Shown here: positions 13,431 through 26,409 of the stretch, in pieces
Position numbering within the stretch: position 1 is the stretch's first letter
How the letters are laid out: the number at the start of each line of letters is the position of its first letter
Translations under genes and position numbers: made by a program
Origin: Dipteris shenzhenensis
Lineage: Eukaryota
DNA length: 64,000 bases
Reading direction: 5' to 3' (one strand)
Assembly (NCBI GenBank): GCA_047967505.1
Contig: CM106538.1
Notes under the pieces: model-generated
What the model was told of the DNA's origin: nothing
Database searches by the model: none
What the model saw: only the letters and a program-made list of their open reading frames with translations

Positions 13431-14295
13431 CTCACAAGAGATCTAAGGAATTCAACGAGGAGACCCTAGAACTCCCACATACAAAAATTCTCACAAGAGA
13501 TCTAAGGAACTCAACAAGGAGATTCTAGAACTCCCACAAACAAATTTCATAATTTCATAGACACGAAAACAAGCCCATTTCTCACAAGAGATCTAAGGAA
13601 TCAATAAGGAGATCCTAGAACTCCCACATATAAAAATCCTCACAAGAGATCTAAGGAACTCAACAAGGAGATCCTAGAACTCCCACAAACAAATTTCATA
13701 GTTTCATAGACACAAAAACAAGCCGATTTCTCACAAGAGATCTAAGGAATTCAACAAGGAGATCCTAGAACTCCCATGTACAAAAATCCTTACAAGAGAT
13801 CTAAGGAACTCAACAAGGAGATCCTAGAACTCCCACAAACAAATTTCATAATTTCATGACACAAAAATGAGCCCATTTTCCACAAGAGATCTAAGGAACT
13901 CACCAAGGAGATCCTAGAACTCCCACATACAAAAATCTATCCACATGAGATCTAAGAAACTCAACAAGGAGATCCTAGAACTCCCACAAACAAATTTCAT
14001 AAACACAAAAACAAGCACATTTCTCACAAGAGATCTAAGGAACTCAACAAGGAGATCATCAAACTCCCACAAATAAATTTATCTCATAAGAAATCTAAGG
14101 AACTCAACAAGGAGATCCTGGAACTCCCACAAATAAATTTTAGACACATAAATATCTAAAATATTTTTATCACAAGAGATCGAAGGAACTCAATAAAGAG
14201 AACCTAGAACTCCCACAAACAAAAGAACAAAGACCAAAACCAAAAACCTCACAAGAGATCTCAGGAACTCAAAATGAGATCCTAAAGCTCCCTAA
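13431..14295. repeat. Tandem array of ~12 copies of a ~49 bp core with alternating short/long linkers
   Basis: ctcacaagagatctaaggaactcaacaaggagatcctagaactcccaca recurs from 13431 to ~14290, with a ~150 bp higher-order dimer. Confidence 0.95.
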
Positions 14296-15799
14296 CAAAA
14301 AATCCATCTTATTTTGGACCTTCTAGATTGCTTTCACAACCTTGAGAACCTTTCTTCTTCTTTTCCTTATTTGATCTCTTATGCTCATATGGGGAACCAA
14401 GCGTGAGATAAGAGACACTGGCAAACAGTGAGCTTATATGCAAAAACACAATAACATATTCATCCTAATACAGGTTTATTCATACAAATACTTTACTCAT
14501 ACAAATACTTTATTCGTACGAACACTTATTCGTACGAATATGTGGGGATGATGTGGCAATTTATCTAAAAAATCGGTTTTTCTTCCATTCGGAATCATTC
14601 AAGCAATTTTCCTGATTTTTTTGAATCACGAATTCAAAATTTTCTACTTAGGCGGTAAGCGGATAGAAGACAAATGAGAGCACCTACTTAGATGAATTTA
14701 GGCAAGAGCTCATTGGGTTCATTACCCACAAGGTGCTCAAGCACTATTGCCTTGCTTACATGTAGACCAAAGCCATTTAGGGGGATTTTGTAGTTGATGT
14801 GAGGAGGTGGATCATTGAAGTGCATATGGCCATGATCATGTTGAAATGTTGCATCAAACTCCTTGCAATGTAAAGGAATCAAGGGGATCATATCTAGTTG
14901 CCATTTATAAGCACATTTCAATGATTGATACCATCTGATACACAAAACTTATAGTAATGATTGATTCCATCCAATACACGAAACTTATAATAATGATAGC
15001 CAGACCCATTGAGAAATTGGGTTGCAATACTTTGGTGGGGAATTGGGTGAGGTGTACCCCCAAAACACCAAAGGATCATCCCATAAGTGGTATCTCAGGT
15101 GAACTCCTTATCTACGAGTGGATTTACAAGAAGAAATTAGAAAATCAATAAGAAGGCATTGCTCATGATGCCAAGCAAAAGGAAAAAGAGGTAGTGAGTG
15201 ATGTTAACGAGTAGGTTAAATAACTATTCAAGCATAATGATTAACCTCATCTTGACTTCCTAGAGTGGATGTCCCTATCTGAGAAGAAGCAAGAGTAGAC
15301 TCCCCCATTTTTTCATATTGAAGATACTGTGGAGAGATTGGATAATTGCCTATGTGTGGGTGAGATGCATGTAGATTCCATTGTAGATAAATAGCCACCT
15401 ACGTGGAACTTGATGGGATATCCATCTACATGCAAGTGAGATATGTGTAGATGCCATTGCAAATGCATATAACCATGCCAAACTATGTGCAATTGCATAT
15501 AACTATGCCAAACTATGTGTTTTAAGGAGAGATATTGGGAACATGGAGTACTAGTTCCATTGCGAATGTGTACATGTGTGCCAAACCATGTGTTTGAGGG
15601 AGGAATGCTAGAAATAGAGAGTATTGGATATAGATCTAGAGAGAGGAAGAAGGATTGAAAGAGTTTGGGTGATAGACTAAGAATATAGTGGCTAGGATGG
15701 AAGATGGGAGATCTTCCAATTGCCTCATTTTGTATCTTGGTGAGGCAATTCATCTTTCATACTTGTTTAGTATAATGAAATCTCTTATGAAATGCTTCC

Positions 15800-18700
15800 A
15801 TCTCTATGCCATAGCATTTATGTTTTTTTCCACAGCATCAAAAAACCTCATGTGCTCCATGTCTAAGAACATCATCCAATACCTCTCCATTTCCTGCAAC
15901 ATGTTCTAAAGGGGATGAATGGGGTCCTATATACTCCTCAATTCTAACCCTACAAGCACTAACTAAAGCTCTAGCCACCTCCATGTCCTTCTTTGACCAT
16001 CATTTTTCTCTATTGCAGTTGTAAATTGCAGTTGTAAAATTGCAGTTGTAAAACAAATGGGCGACATCTATTAACAAAAGTCCTAATTCACATAGCTCCT
16101 TTGGAATGGTAATAATAACACTAAGTACTTGCAGTAGACACCACTGAATAAATTTTTTGTTCTCCTTTGCTTTGAAGCTTGCTTGGGTTGTGAGGCCATC
16201 ATAAGTAATGTATTGAGCATGGAGAGGCTTTGTAGACTAATTGAAAAATTCCATCTACCTCTCTTTTGACATCAAACTCTTTATAAGAAGAGAGATATAT
16301 TTTTAAAATTAGTTCAAAGAAAATATAAGCATGGCATCATAAACAAGATCTAGAAAAAGATCAGATGCATATAAATTATGTAGTCTCCACAATATCAACT
16401 CTCTAGATAACCCATTAATTCTAAGAGTCCTTTCTTTCTTACTTTGTGTATAAAGGCTTTTGTATAATGATAATGCGTCAAACATTTTTATTGTTGATCT
16501 TGTTTTTGGTGGATAGCATGCTTGATATCTATTCATTGACCTAAAATCTCTACATCCTTGAAACTAAATATAGCAGATTGTGCCATGACTCCACATTTTT
16601 AACTTTAAATAATATGATGTATGATATCTCTTATCATATCTTTCCTATCTCATTTCTTGCTATCTCTAGAGTTGTTTTTGAGACTACTCTCAATCTTCTT
16701 CATTCAGCTTCAAATGTGTACTTTTTAGAGAAAGTTACATATCAAGTACCGTATGTACACCATATATCTTAGAAGAATCATCTCCATATTCTTCTCTAAA
16801 ATATAATCCACCTAATTCCATAATAACAAATATAAAGTTTAAAAAATATTAAAGTAAATGATTTATACTATCAATCTCATTAACGAGACATTATTTTTAA
16901 AAATATATTATGTACTTTTTCACTCTTGCTTGGAGAGGTAGTCATCTCCAAGTTTACATCTTGAAATCTTTAAAATTCAAATAAAAATAATGAATCAAAA
17001 TAAACTTATAAACATATTGAATCATAGAAAAGAAAATTCAAACACAATAAGAATACCTTGCATCCTTTTCTTTAGACTCTCTCATTCCTTTGTATAGTAT
17101 TTTGTTCCAAATGACTTTTCATATTTTTACTCACCTATGAAATGATACACAATAAGTGGTATGAATGCCATAAGAAAAAATTATAATAAAGAATAGAAGC
17201 ATCCATACTACTTGATGTGCAATACAAAATAAAGGCATAAATGATAACTTGTACCTTTTGCTTTCTTTCACTTTTTCTAAAAAGTTCATTTGTAAAATCA
17301 TTCAAATTTGATACTGGATACTAAAAATATTACAAAACTTGAGTTATAAACATATATAAAAAGAAACCAATTGAAATTTGACATTAGATATTAGAAACAC
17401 AACAAATTCAAATTTAAAACTTGAATCATAATCAAATCTAAGAAGAAAACATAATTCATACCTTATCTTGGTTTGTGACATACACTTCTTTCTCGACTTC
17501 ACACAAGTCTTTTCCATGTTGCAACTCACGAAATGTTGTACAAAGATTCACCTCGTATGGTCTTCGCCACCACAAGAATATTTTATATAAAATGTTTAAA
17601 ATAGTTGAATTGTTGTCAATAATACTTCAAAATAGACTTAAGTAAGGATTAGAAAATCTCAATGGATTTATAATATAGCAATCTTTGAAAGCTATCTGGA
17701 GCTAGCATGATTCATCTATACAAAAGACCATATGATTGAAATGAAGAAAAAGTCTCATTCTTAAACCAAAAAATAAAAATATTTTATATATCAAATGCTT
17801 GAATAACTCAAATGATAGACAAGCTTGTGTCTTTTCAAAAGAAGTCAAATCTCCAATAGACTATATGAAAGAACTAAATTATCTAATTTAGAAGTCACAC
17901 TTATTAGATATAATTTTAGTCAAGTAAATATATATTATAATTAAACTAAATAATCATTAAAAATATTGATATAATCATAGCTTCTCTATTGGATTATTTA
18001 GAGACTTATCCATAGAGGAGTTTATGCTTCAAGCTCAATGTTTCTCTAAAAAGCTTCAATTAGACATCAAAATTTCTATTTAACTCTTATATATCCTTTT
18101 AAAAATTCTAGAATAATGAGAACCTAATGAGAAATATTTGTTACATACTTGAATTGATATAATATAATCTTTGTTTGCTTCTTTGGAAGTAGTTCTTACT
18201 TCCTCAAGAGATTGGATCATTTTTTGAGCTTCACTCAGAGACCCCTATTAAACATAATAACATACCATGATTAGCTCATACCTATGTTGTGATTTCAAAG
18301 ATACAAGTTTTACAAAATGTTAAACAATTTAAAGGTCAACTTACTTTCTCCATGAGACTCATTTTCTTGGTGTACTTTCTACTTGATCTCTTTGAGGAGA
18401 TCCACCACCTATAAACATCATGCTCTCTCCAACTATAGTCAACTCCACTAAACTTCAAAGGCACAATCTCATGATGATGCTCATGAATAATACCTTTGAT
18501 AATTCTTGTTGCTCTATTTTTTGTCATAGATCACTAACAATATCTACTCTAAATCATTTTTGTACATACAGTAGCAATCTAGCCATAGAGAATATTGATC
18601 CTTGAAGCAATTTTTCAAGACCTCCTTTCCATATAGCTTGCTCTTATCTCTATCACTCATCTTAGATGGCCTAAACACCTCATCATAAGTGAGTGTAAAT

Positions 18701-19147
18701 ATTGCACTAGATTCTATAAACGAGAGAAACTTGAGGTCCATCTTGCAAGTAAGGATGCTCCTTATCTTCTTTGGAGGACCCATCTTTTGTTACATCTCTA
18801 AAATTATATGAGTAATTTCATAAGTGCTTACATGCATAGCATAAGTGCATAACATAGAAAGATAAACATGAAAAAGTTTGAACATTAAAATGCATTGCAT
18901 AGTATAAATATCCTAAATTCAATCCATAACATAGCACAAATATAAGTGCACATCATAAAATGCTAAACATACAAAAGTCTAAACATAAGAATACATAACA
19001 TAGTACAAATCTCATAGATTTATTAGCTTTGACCTTCTCTCATTCGAGACCCTTTTTTCCCATTGCATATCTCTTTTTTCCTTCCCATTACATATTACCA
19101 CCTTCTCCCATCCCTTCCTCTATCTGCTAAGTTCAACCACCCAACCA
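15800..19147 (-). mobile_element. Highly degraded CACTA/EnSpm-like transposase region
   Basis: Minus-strand remnants INGLSRELILWRLHNLYASDLFLDLVYDAM (DxMH-like), ELCELGLLLIDVAHLFYN and SPLEHVAGNGEVLDDVLRHGAHEVF (resembling the H..I..GP...W...FER region). The N-terminal part is MGPPKKIRSILTCK. Confidence 0.45.
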
Positions 19148-19269
19148 TGCATCACTGTGCAAAGTGTCATACCCATAGAGCAACTACACATATTCTACAA
19201 GCACACTGATGCATGGTTGGGACACAGGGGTGGTGTCTAAATTTAAAGGATGGGATGAAGGGATTAGAG

Positions 19270-20346
19270 AACGAGGTGGTGGCTGAACTTAGGGGATCAA
19301 AGAAGGGATATGAAATGGGAGGGAATGAAGGAAATCCAGATATGCAATGTGAGAAAAGGATCTTAGATGGGAGAAAGAAAGGGGGGGGGGGGAGGGGTCG
19401 AACTTATGAGAGTTATACTATGTTAAGCATTTTTATGTTTGGACTTTCTTATGTTTGTGTTTCTATGTTATGCATTTGTACTATGCTTAGACTTTTCTTT
19501 GTTTGCCTTTTTATGTTATGCACTTATGTTTATACTATGTTATAGATTGAATTTAGGTGATTTGTGCCATTCTATGATTCTTTTTTTTTTATTTGTACAT
19601 TTATCTTCGTATGCACTTATGCTATGAGCTTGCTTAATGATGCTACACATGTTTTTTTAATATAGGCAAAGCAGATCATAGAGATGCAACAAAATGTAGG
19701 TCCTCCAAAAAGATAAGGACCATCCTTACTTGCAAAATAGACCCCCAAGTTTCTCTCGTTCCAAACTCATGTGCAATATTTACACCCACTTATGATGAGG
19801 TGTTTAGATTGTCTAAGATGCATAGTAGACATGAGCAAAAGCTATATAGAAAAGAGTTCATGAAAAAGTACTCCAAGATCAACATTCTTCGTTGTTGCTA
19901 GATAACTATCATAGTGTATGAAGGTGGTTTAAAGGAGTAGATATTATTATCTATGGCATAAAAAGGAGCAACAAGAAAGTATCAAAGGAATTATTGATGA
20001 ACACCATCATGAGATTGTGACTTTGAAATTATTGGAGTCTAGTATAGTTGGAGAGAACTGGATATTTATATGTGGTGGATCTCCTCAAAGTACGTGAAGA
20101 GAAATTACACCAAGAAATTACTTCTCATTATTTTAGATTTTAAAGTGATATATAAGCTTTGAATATAAGTTTTATTGTCTAAAGAAACATTGAGCTTGAA
20201 AAATACACTCCTTGTATAAATGAGTCTTAATCATCCTATTTGAGAGAAGGTTCACACAATACTTTCAATGATTCTCTAATTCAATTACGATATATATTTA
20301 TTTGAATAAAATTATATTTAATAAGTGTAACTTCTTACTTAAGATG
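19270..20346 (+). mobile_element. Second, inverted partial copy of the 17880-19147 segment
   Basis: ggtcctccaaaaagataaggaccatccttacttgcaa (19699) mirrors 18743-18780, and 20182-20346 mirrors 17881-18045. About 240 bp is missing relative to the left copy. Confidence 0.85.
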
Positions 20347-21401
20347 ACATGCTTCTCACTCGAGCCTTGGTGGGCTATGCCATTGGGAGACTCCTTTAGA
20401 TTACTATCTACATTAGTGGCAAGCTAGCGATATATATGGACATCGGTTTTCTTAGCGGTTTGAAAGTCCCAAAATAAGACAGTGTTTTAGCATAAGATAC
20501 TCACTAGGTTCAAGATGTCAATTATTTTGCTAGGAATCACCATGTATCTCAAGGATTTTAGTTGGATCCTCTCCTTGAAGGACCCTGTAATAATTCATGC
20601 TTTGATGAAGGTAAGTCAACCTTTTCTTTAGGTAGGTGCATGTTCCTTTGTGTGTAGCATAGGCCTTGGGCGATCAAATTTTATAATTAGGTCCCTGTTT
20701 TACCAAGGCTAACTAGCCACCCCCTTTAATCCATACGGTATTTTTAGGGGGGGAAAAAAAGTGGTAGTAAATGATCAAGAGAATACTCTTATTTTTTATA
20801 TAAGGAAAAAGCAATATAGAATTCTAAAACCCATTTTCATTTTTTAAAAGTACTCTAATTATAAAAAATGAAGCATTCCTTCTTCACATAATCCTTAGTA
20901 ACTACTCAATTTTATATACAAATTTGGCGATAGGTAATTATTTGTTAGACACTAAGATTCAACAAAAACAAAAAAATATTATATAAGTAACTCTTCTTTT
21001 ATATTTCTACAAATTGATAAGTTAAAAATATTCTTTATACTTCATTTAAACATCTAAAACAAAAACTATAAGCTTTTATAAAAAGCATCTTTATACTTCA
21101 TTTAAACATGCAAAAAAAGTTTCTCTCACTTAAATTATAAGAGTTAAAAAGAGGCTTAAAAGCTCTATATAACATGTTTGAAGAGTTATTTGAATTAATC
21201 TACATGTCATAGTAAAGTCTCTACATCCTCCAAACTAAGTACATCAAATTGTGCAATGACTCTAGTTTTTACTTTGAAGGAGACAATGCACAATATCTCT
21301 TATCATATCTTTGCAAATTGCTACCTTACTCTTATGCCAAACTTCACTGGTTACTTCACAATCATAGAAATGATGCCTCACAAATTCAACCAATTTACTA
21401 C

Positions 21402-24200
21402 TATTGGGGAGTGGGAGAGAAGATGGACATCATGGAGAAGAGTGTGGGAACCAAAGGGAAAATTTTTCCATTGAGTTGAGAAGAAGTCCTCTCTTTTATA
21501 GAATGGGACAGAGGGTGGCCTTAATCAATGGCACCTCTCCTACATCAAAGGAGGTAACTCCACAATCATAGGTACCACCCCATGTGGGGGGCCTTGTATT
21601 ACATCATCACTTATGTCATGGCCTATGGCATTGAGTGCGCCTCTTCTACTCACACACACACAACCATATGACTGCTAGTGGATGCACGCATGCACCTAGC
21701 AAGCCCTTGGTCACACATATCCCAACATACCCCCCCTTAAGGGTTTGCCTCATGCTATGTCAAGGATACATCTAGTCACATAGTTTCACGTGCCATCTCA
21801 TGGTGGTCAAGGATAAATCTATGGCTAGGATCTCATGCTAGCAAGGGTGCCCAAGGTTCAAGGTTTAACAAAATGGGATAGACCCCCCAAATGGTTATCT
21901 CCCTTGCATGTACAATGATTAATCTTAGGCCTTTGTGTGGATCTAGTTTCTCATGTCTGCAAGAGGTACCATGGGGGCAAACACATATCACATGGCCTAC
22001 ATCATATGGTGACTGGAGGTGATTTACAAAAGAAAAAACACAAAACACATAACATTCTTTTTGGAGTACTATTCTAGGTAGAGAACCTCAAAATTGACAA
22101 AGTGATGATAAAAAAGCTTAAAAGACAGTCTTTATCTTCTACCACAAAGTTTGATTCTTCATTTACTGATGGAGTCTCTCTTCAACTAGATTTGCCATGT
22201 TTTTCTTCTTCCCATTGCAAAACTTCTCTGAATGATTGTTCTTGCCACAATAAGTGGAAGGATTGATCTTGTAGTAATCTTTTTCAAGATGATTGGTCTT
22301 TCCATAATTTTTGCATGCCTTGTACTTTCTCTTTGATGTAAACTTTACTGCAAGTGCTTGTGTGTGCTCCTCACCCATTCTTGAAGTCTTCTTTCTCTCT
22401 TCCTCTTGTAGAGCATTGATGATGCCCTCTAGTGTGGGTTTGGGAAGATTCTTCAAGAAGGTAGTCACAACATAATCATAGTCTTGAGGCATACTCTTTA
22501 AGAGTGCAGCCATAGCATCATCTTCAGTAATTGGAGAGTTGATTGAGGCCAATTGTGTAATAAGACTCCTCAAAGTATTTACTATTAACATGGGCTGCAA
22601 CATTGTCTCCATCCATCTTAAGTTCAAAGAACTTAATTTTTAAATTCAACATAGAAGTATGAGAGCTAGCACCAAATAACACATCTAACTTATGCCAGGC
22701 CTCAAAAGGGGATTCCAAATCTGAAATATGATGCACATAATCATCTCCCTAATCTAATGCAATAATTGCATAAGCTTTCTCCAGCCTTTTAGCATCTGCA
22801 GGTGTAGTGAAGAAGAGTCACTTGTATTCCATTTGCTTTTGGTTGTGGTGGATTCACCTTCTTGAGATGATTGATTCCTTGGCTTGACCAAGTCCCACAA
22901 ATTCTCTTTTATAAGCAAAAATTTGATTTTCATTTGGCAAGTGTGAAAACCTTGGCCATTGAACTTGTCTATCTTAAAGGTGGCCATGAGAGTGTCTTAT
23001 ATTTATGTTTAGGCAGTGTCTGCTCTCTTACAAATGGCTTATGAGTCTCAACCATACAAGTTCATATTGCAAGCCATAAATTAAAAAAATCCTAAACTTT
23101 TTGCATCAAAATAATAATATGGTTTATGTGACTTTTCCTTCACAAGTTTTGTTACCTTCCTATTGACATATCTAGGTGCTTGTTTCTTCTTCTTTGCTTT
23201 CACATATGAAGCATTGGAAGATGAACAAGAGCTAGGCATTATTAACTAAGAATATTATGTCAATAAGTCATCTCCAAGCTTGCGTCAAGCATCCAACAAC
23301 CAAAAATGCCCAAAATTATAGTGGAAAAATAGAGTAACTTGGAGGCCTTAATTCAAACACTATGAAGCATATCTAATAGGGATTTTAATGCACATTTGAA
23401 GATATTATACCAAAGATTGTCCACCTAGGAGGATTGTCAAAAATTCGCCCATAATTGCTCATGAGCACAACCCCTTTTTTGACTGGCCTTTTGCTTGTTT
23501 CTCCACACTCCAGCAAGCAATTTGAGCTCAAATTTCATCAGGAGCAAGCTCTTAGCATTTCCTAACTTGTGCTTGAAGGGCAAGTCGAAATTTGTTCTGT
23601 AGAGGCGCATCACCTGGTGGTTTCCTCATCCAGTACGGGCTATACACACAAAATTTTAGAGAATTCTTGGTGTCAGAGGTGTGCCTTGAGGAGAGGATTC
23701 TTCAATTCAAATGGCTTTGGAAATGGTTACATGAGACAGAGAATAGAACTATGCAAGTTCTGGAAAAATAGAGGGCAGAAATGAAGAAGAAAGTGGAGGG
23801 TGGAGAAGAAGATGATGAGATGGCATTTTGAAGCTAGAATGGACTAGAGGCTCAAGGAGGCTCTGATACCACATGTTGTGGAGCGGGAGAGAAGATGGAC
23901 ATCATGGAGAAGAGTGTGGGAACCAAAGGGCAAAATGTTCCATTGAGTTGAGAGGAAGTCCTCTCTTTTATAGAATGGGAGAGAGGGTGGTCTAAATCAA
24001 TGGCACCTCTCCTACATCAAAGGAGGTAATTCCACAATCATAGGTACCACCCCATGCGGGGGGGCCTTGTATTACATCATCACTTATGTCATGGCCTATG
24101 GCACTAAGTGTGCCTCTTCTACACACACACACAACCATAGGACTGTGCTAGTGGATGCACACATGCACCTAGTAAGCCCTTGATCACACATATCCCAACA
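21402..24200 (-). mobile_element. Gag-only non-autonomous LTR retrotransposon (TR-GAG-like, copia-type gag)
   Basis: LTRs at 21402-21727 and 23874-24200. 5 bp TSD ACTAC (21397-21401; 24201-24205). tRNA-iMet PBS (ctctgatacca, 23861-23871). PPT at ~21728-21740. No PR/IN/RT seen. Confidence 0.92.
22163..22987 (-). pseudogene. Copia-type Gag, frameshifted
   Basis: MATFKIDKFNGQGFHTCQMKIKFLLIKENLWDLV; EAWHKLDVLFG; DAMAALLKSMPQDYDYVVTT; two zinc-knuckle remnants (CKNYGKTNH, YCGKNNHSEKFC). Confidence 0.88.
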
Positions 24201-25169
24201 ACTACAAAGCGGACAAACTAGATTGACTTGTACTCTCTTTGCCGATTTTCCCTTGCATAGCAGCTACATATTCATTGCCTTATATAGGAGAATGCATTTC
24301 AATTTTTATGGAACCTAGTTCACCACTAAGCTGACCTACACCTACAGTCCCATTTCTTGTTAAGATCCCCAAACTAAGCATCCCCTTCTGACAATTGTTT
24401 GTAGATATCCTTGGCAAATATGTTGTGGAGTGGGGTTCTACCAAGACACCACTGATTAGACTTCCAACCGACTACCAACACATAGTTCAATGGCCAAGAC
24501 TCTAGAGTCCAATATAGCACTACCTACAACAAGTCTGCCTCCCCATCTATTAGGGTATAGTTGGCTCATAACTAGTCCAATGTGAGCCACTCAATGCACC
24601 GCACATTCCAAAGGTCTACCCATGTCTTAATTCCTTTCTTGTGCAAGCTCCTTGATCTATGGATGCCATGTAGTGAAAATGGTTTACCACCCCTAGATGG
24701 GGCTTTGCTCCACTAGAGGTACTCAAGCAGACTGGCATCACTGCTTAACCCTTTCTATCTTTTTGAAGTCAATTGATTGACACGGATTTTCCAGGCTTGT
24801 ACCAGAACTACCACAATATTTGAACCCACAATTTTGGCTGGTAAGTCTATGTTCAATATATCATACTAAGCCATACCCTACCATGTACCCTCCCCTCTAC
24901 TCCTAGCCTTCTTAATGATGCACTCCATGACTAATGTCCATGGGGCTTGGTCCTCGAAGAGTCCATGGGGCTTGGTCCTCGAAGAGATGAGAGATCCACT
25001 AACCTAGCAGTGCCATGTTCCTTAGCCTAATATCTAGTAGCCCTTATCCTCCTTGAGCCTTTAGGATCTTCATAGGTTTCCATGGTTTATAGTGCATCTA
25101 CCTTCTCTCATCCCCCTTCGCCCAAAGAAATCCCTGAAAAAGCATTTCCACTTCAAACCATTTGTTGCA

Positions 25170-26395
25170 TGTGGAACCTAGTCCTTTTTTTTGGGGGTTT
25201 TTTTAAGGCATGCATTGAACCCAAGCATGTTTGTACCCACTCTATGAAGGGGGATGCAACGCCCCCCTACTACCATCATGAGGGTTTCCAAAGGGGGATG
25301 ATGGTAACTATTTAGGCCACCCTTGTAGGGGTTTAGGGGGAGCACCCTTGAAACAAAAATGCATGAAAATTGGTGCATGAGTTGTGTGGTCAAAATTTGT
25401 AAACTAATGTGTGGCTCACATAGCATGAGAGCATTGGATGTACTACTCGTATCTTGTATCTTCTCACTGGTTGGATAAGAAAAACGTAGCACTGGATGTT
25501 TCTCCATGGACATAGACCACACAGGGTAAACCATGCATATCGATGTCTCTCTTTCTCTTCTATTTTGTGCACTTTTCATATTGTGTATTTTACGCTTTGT
25601 ATTTCCGCTTCTCGCATTGTTGCATCATTATCCTATCGCTTCTAACAATTGGAATCACAGTGTTTGTTTGAGAAATGTTCATTTGAGGAGGTTCCTAGTT
25701 CAAGTGAGAGTAATGATGGAAGAAGCCAATTTCAAAATTGAGAAGTTCAATGGTAAGAACTACAAGCATTGGAAAATAAAGATTAAGTTAAATGTACCAA
25801 AATGGTCTTTTCTTGCCATTAGGTGGGACAACAAAGAAGCCTTCGAGTATGTTAACTGAAAACTAAGGGGTTCTTGACAGAAAGGCACTACAAAAAATAC
25901 ATATGTGTTTAGTAGCATCAATGAATTTCAATGTTCTTGATCAAAAGACAACAAAGGACTTGATGATCATGTTCGATATATTAAATGAAAAAACATTAGC
26001 TTCCAACAAAGTATTTCTTATGAAGCGTTTATTCAATCTAAAGATGTCAAAAGGTGGGCCTGTAGGCTGATCATTTGAATTAGTTCAATATAAATACAAG
26101 ACAACTAAGGTTTGTAGGAGTAAGATTTAATGATGAGGTTTGAGCTCTTCTTATTTTGTGCTCATTGCCAGAAAGTTGGGATGCCTTGGTCATGGCTTTG
26201 AGTAACTCTATTTTTGGGACAAACACTCTAAATTTTGATGATGTTATTAGTGTTCTCCTTAGCAAGGAAATGTGATGAAAAAGCATAGGTGAAACACCAA
26301 GTAATGCTTTGACTCTTGAGAACAAGAGAAGACAAAGGGAGAGAGGAAAGAGCCTAGGAAATTGTGACAAGTCAAGAAGAAGCAGAAGGGAACCT
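25170..26395 (+). mobile_element. Truncated Ty1/copia 5' end (LTR ~25170-25647, PBS, gag)
   Basis: tctaaca is followed by tggaatcacag (degenerate Met PBS). Gag remnants MMEEANFKIEKFNGKNYKHWKIKI and LLILCSLPESWDALVMALSNS..LNFDDVISVLL (Tnt1-like). Confidence 0.75.
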
Positions 26396-26409
26396 GGTGT
26401 TTTTATCAT

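Larger units (their letters stand above)
8409..14651 (-). mobile_element. hAT-superfamily DNA transposon, non-autonomous, carrying a second convergent gene
   Basis: 8 bp TSD gtggtaag (8401-8408) / gcggtaag (14652-14659). Imperfect TIR ctaagt...tttga. TATTCGTACGAATA palindrome clusters near both ends. Internal hAT transposase remnants. Confidence 0.85.
21230..25165 (-). mobile_element. Degraded LINE ORF2 C-terminal region, split by the LTR element at 21402-24200
   Basis: AQGG*GLLDI (GGLG motif) near 25030-25060 and an ICKD..DIVHCLLQ zf-RVT-like remnant near 21275-21325. Confidence 0.55.

Noticed and set aside
13431-14295. CRISPR-like repeat-spacer appearance
   Set aside because: The linkers are themselves repeated in two classes, there are no cas genes, and the context is a eukaryotic transposon.
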